Shown here: positions 61,857 to 64,000 of the stretch, piece after piece | Layout of the letters: the number at the start of each line of letters is the position of its first letter | Numbering within the stretch: the first letter of the stretch is position 1 | Source of the DNA: Squalus acanthias | Lineage: Eukaryota | Direction: 5' to 3' | NCBI GenBank assembly: GCA_030390025.1 | Contig: CM059432.1 | Location: forward strand, 50,408,001-50,472,000 | DNA: 64,000 nucleotides | Made by a program: the position numbers and the translations under genes | Notes under the pieces: model-generated | The model's input: only the letters and a program-made list of their open reading frames with translations | Databases searched by the model: none | Told to the model about the DNA's origin: nothing

Positions 61857-64000
61857 GGGGAAAAATTCGGTTGGTTAGCGCCTCCCGTTAGCGACTCCAG
61901 CGGGCGCTAACGGGGCGCTAACAACTTACCGCCCGAGCGCGGCGATTTTAGCGCCGCCCGCAAAATTGTCCTGGCGCTTTGCAATGGTGTTAAACACGAC
62001 CGCCACGATCTCCTGTGCCCAGAGATCATGACGTTATCCAAGCGTGCAACGCCCCGGTAGCGCCCCGGACCGGAAATTGATTCTTGCCTTAGCGCCTGCC
62101 GCTAGAAACGACAGGTAGAGGGGGACGTTTTGCAGTCAGCAAGGAGCTGGGGGAGTGCTATTTAAAGGCGTGTGCTTCCTGCTTTTTCTTATCGGCAAAA
62201 TATTTGGCATACACAGGTTGAGAGGGAGAGAGACGTCTGGAGAGATTTAACGCTGTCCTACAAGAAGTTTTGTTCTTGAGCAACACTTTTCAGGTTCCTA
62301 TTTCTCTGAGCTTCATATTTACCACATTTACAAGATTAAATGGGGGCTCTACTAACTCAGGGCGTCGTCCTCCAGCTTCACCTTCGGAGGCAGCAGAGGC
62401 GCAGAGAGTGGCAAACGTGGCCAGAGGGAGGAGGGCCAACAGGGCTCTGCACAGGAGACCTTACCCCCCCCCCGGGTTTTCCGGGAGCAATTCTCCTACA
62501 TTAATTTGTCCGAGGAGCAGTGTTTCCGAAGGCTGCGCTTCAGCAAGGAGGTGGTCACTGAGCTCTGCCACCTCCTGAAACCAGATCTGCAGCCTCAGTT
62601 CTGGAGCAGGACGTCTCTGCCGGTGGCAGTGAAGGTGACGGTGGCTCTGAATTTTTATGTCAGCGGCTCCTTCCAGGCTTTTACTGGGGACATCGCGAAT
62701 ATCTCCCAGTTCGCTGTCCATTGCTGCATCCGGGAGGTCACAAATGCTCTCTAGTACATCTCATTCCCCGTGACCCGAGACAAACAGCGTGAACGCGCAT
62801 GTGGCTTCGCTAGGATAGCGGGCTTCCCCATGGTTCAGGGCGCCATTGACTGCACGCATGTGGCATTGCGGGCACTACATGAAAATGCAGAGGTGTTCCA
62901 CAACTGCAAAGGCTTCCACTCTCTGAACGTGCAGTTGGTGTGTGACCACAGACAGCGCATCCTCGCTGTCAATGCCCGCTATCCTGGCAGCAGCCACGAT
63001 GCTTTCATCCTGCGCCAGACTGATGTCCCAGAGCTCTTCCAACCACCGCGTCAACCTCGTGGTTGGCTCCTCGGGGACAAGGGTTATCCACTCTGCACCT
63101 GGCTGACATCGCTCCGTAACCCCAACATTCCTGCTGAGCTCGTATACAATGAGAGCCATAGTGCCACCAGGAACCTCATTGAGCAGACGATCGGTGTCTT
63201 GAAGCAATGGTTCCGGTGTCTGGACCACTCTGGAGGAGCCCTGCAGTACTCTCCCGAGCGAGTCTCACTTTTCATTGTTGTGTGCTGCATGCTTCACAAC
63301 CTCGCAATTATGAGGACGCAGCCATTGCCACCAGGGATTGGTGCACCACCTCAGGAGAAGGAAGAGGGAGAGGAGGAGGCGGAGGAGGAGAATGAAGAGG
63401 AGGATAAGCAGCACCAATGTGGGAGGGAGGTGCACAATGTTGCCTCTGCAAGGGCCGTCCGTGAGCACCTGATAAGACGAATGACAGAGAAGATGGCTTC
63501 TGGGATGAACAAGCACATCATCGCAAGCATCCCGCAGCCCCTATCGCTGGGCAAAGCTCCAATGAGTCAAATGAGCAAAGTTGTAAAGTTCCAATAAAAA
63601 TTTTATTTATCTGACAAACTGTGTCTTATTTATTCAGCACAAACAATAACAAACAGACACAACAATTCATTAACTAACAAAACTCGTTCTGACCACATCA
63701 AGATAAGCATAAACAGAGTGAACAAGATATTAAGATGAACATCAAACTTTGCCACAAACATTCCCCCCATTTATTGGATAATTTTTACTTTTCGGCCTTC
63801 GAGGGTGATCTCCATCCCCTGCGCACTTCCCCGCCCCCCCTCCCCCTTCCCTACTGCTCCTCCGTAATGTGGCCCCAATAGCTGCAGCAAGGCTGGTGGA
63901 AGGCTGCTGAATGTCAGATCCTGAGACTACAGATGCCCTTGAAGGACACCCTCGACCAGCTCTGGGCCTGGAGGGCCCGGCTGCAGACTGCACCAACTCT
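61857..64000 (+). mobile_element. Second Harbinger transposon, truncated by the window end
   Basis: Left TIR GGGGAAAAATTCGG, transposase, and a convergent Myb-gene C-terminus on minus at ~63742-64000. Confidence 0.9.
62340..63597 (+). pseudogene. Harbinger transposase with frameshifts and an in-frame stop at 62752-62754
   Basis: [52 protein letters not shown]. Confidence 0.92.

Overview
Repeat-dense eukaryotic DNA, most likely intronic or intergenic sequence from a cartilaginous fish (inferred from HE1/V-SINE-like and SacSINE1/Deu-type SINEs plus shark-type CR1 tails). No host protein-coding gene, rRNA, true tRNA or CRISPR array is supportable. The window holds many CR1 LINEs, including one near full length with an SGNH-esterase ORF1. 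It also has Vingi, L2 and Tx1-like LINE fragments, one complete TIR/TSD-bounded Harbinger transposon (DDE transposase plus a 3-exon Myb/SANT gene), a second Harbinger cut by the window edge, and several non-autonomous Harbinger-type elements. Two Penelope-like (PLE, RT + GIY-YIG) families are present. The most interesting signal is in the PLE 3' ends: each carries a minimal type-I hammerhead ribozyme motif (7 cores in the window), and family B has a second core-variant hammerhead-like hairpin right after its stop codon. Family B insertions share one fixed 3' end. A ~40-nt tail appears only on inverted partner copies, and the shortest insertions are truncated at the 5' edge of the ribozyme. All assignments were made by eye; no searches or folding were run.
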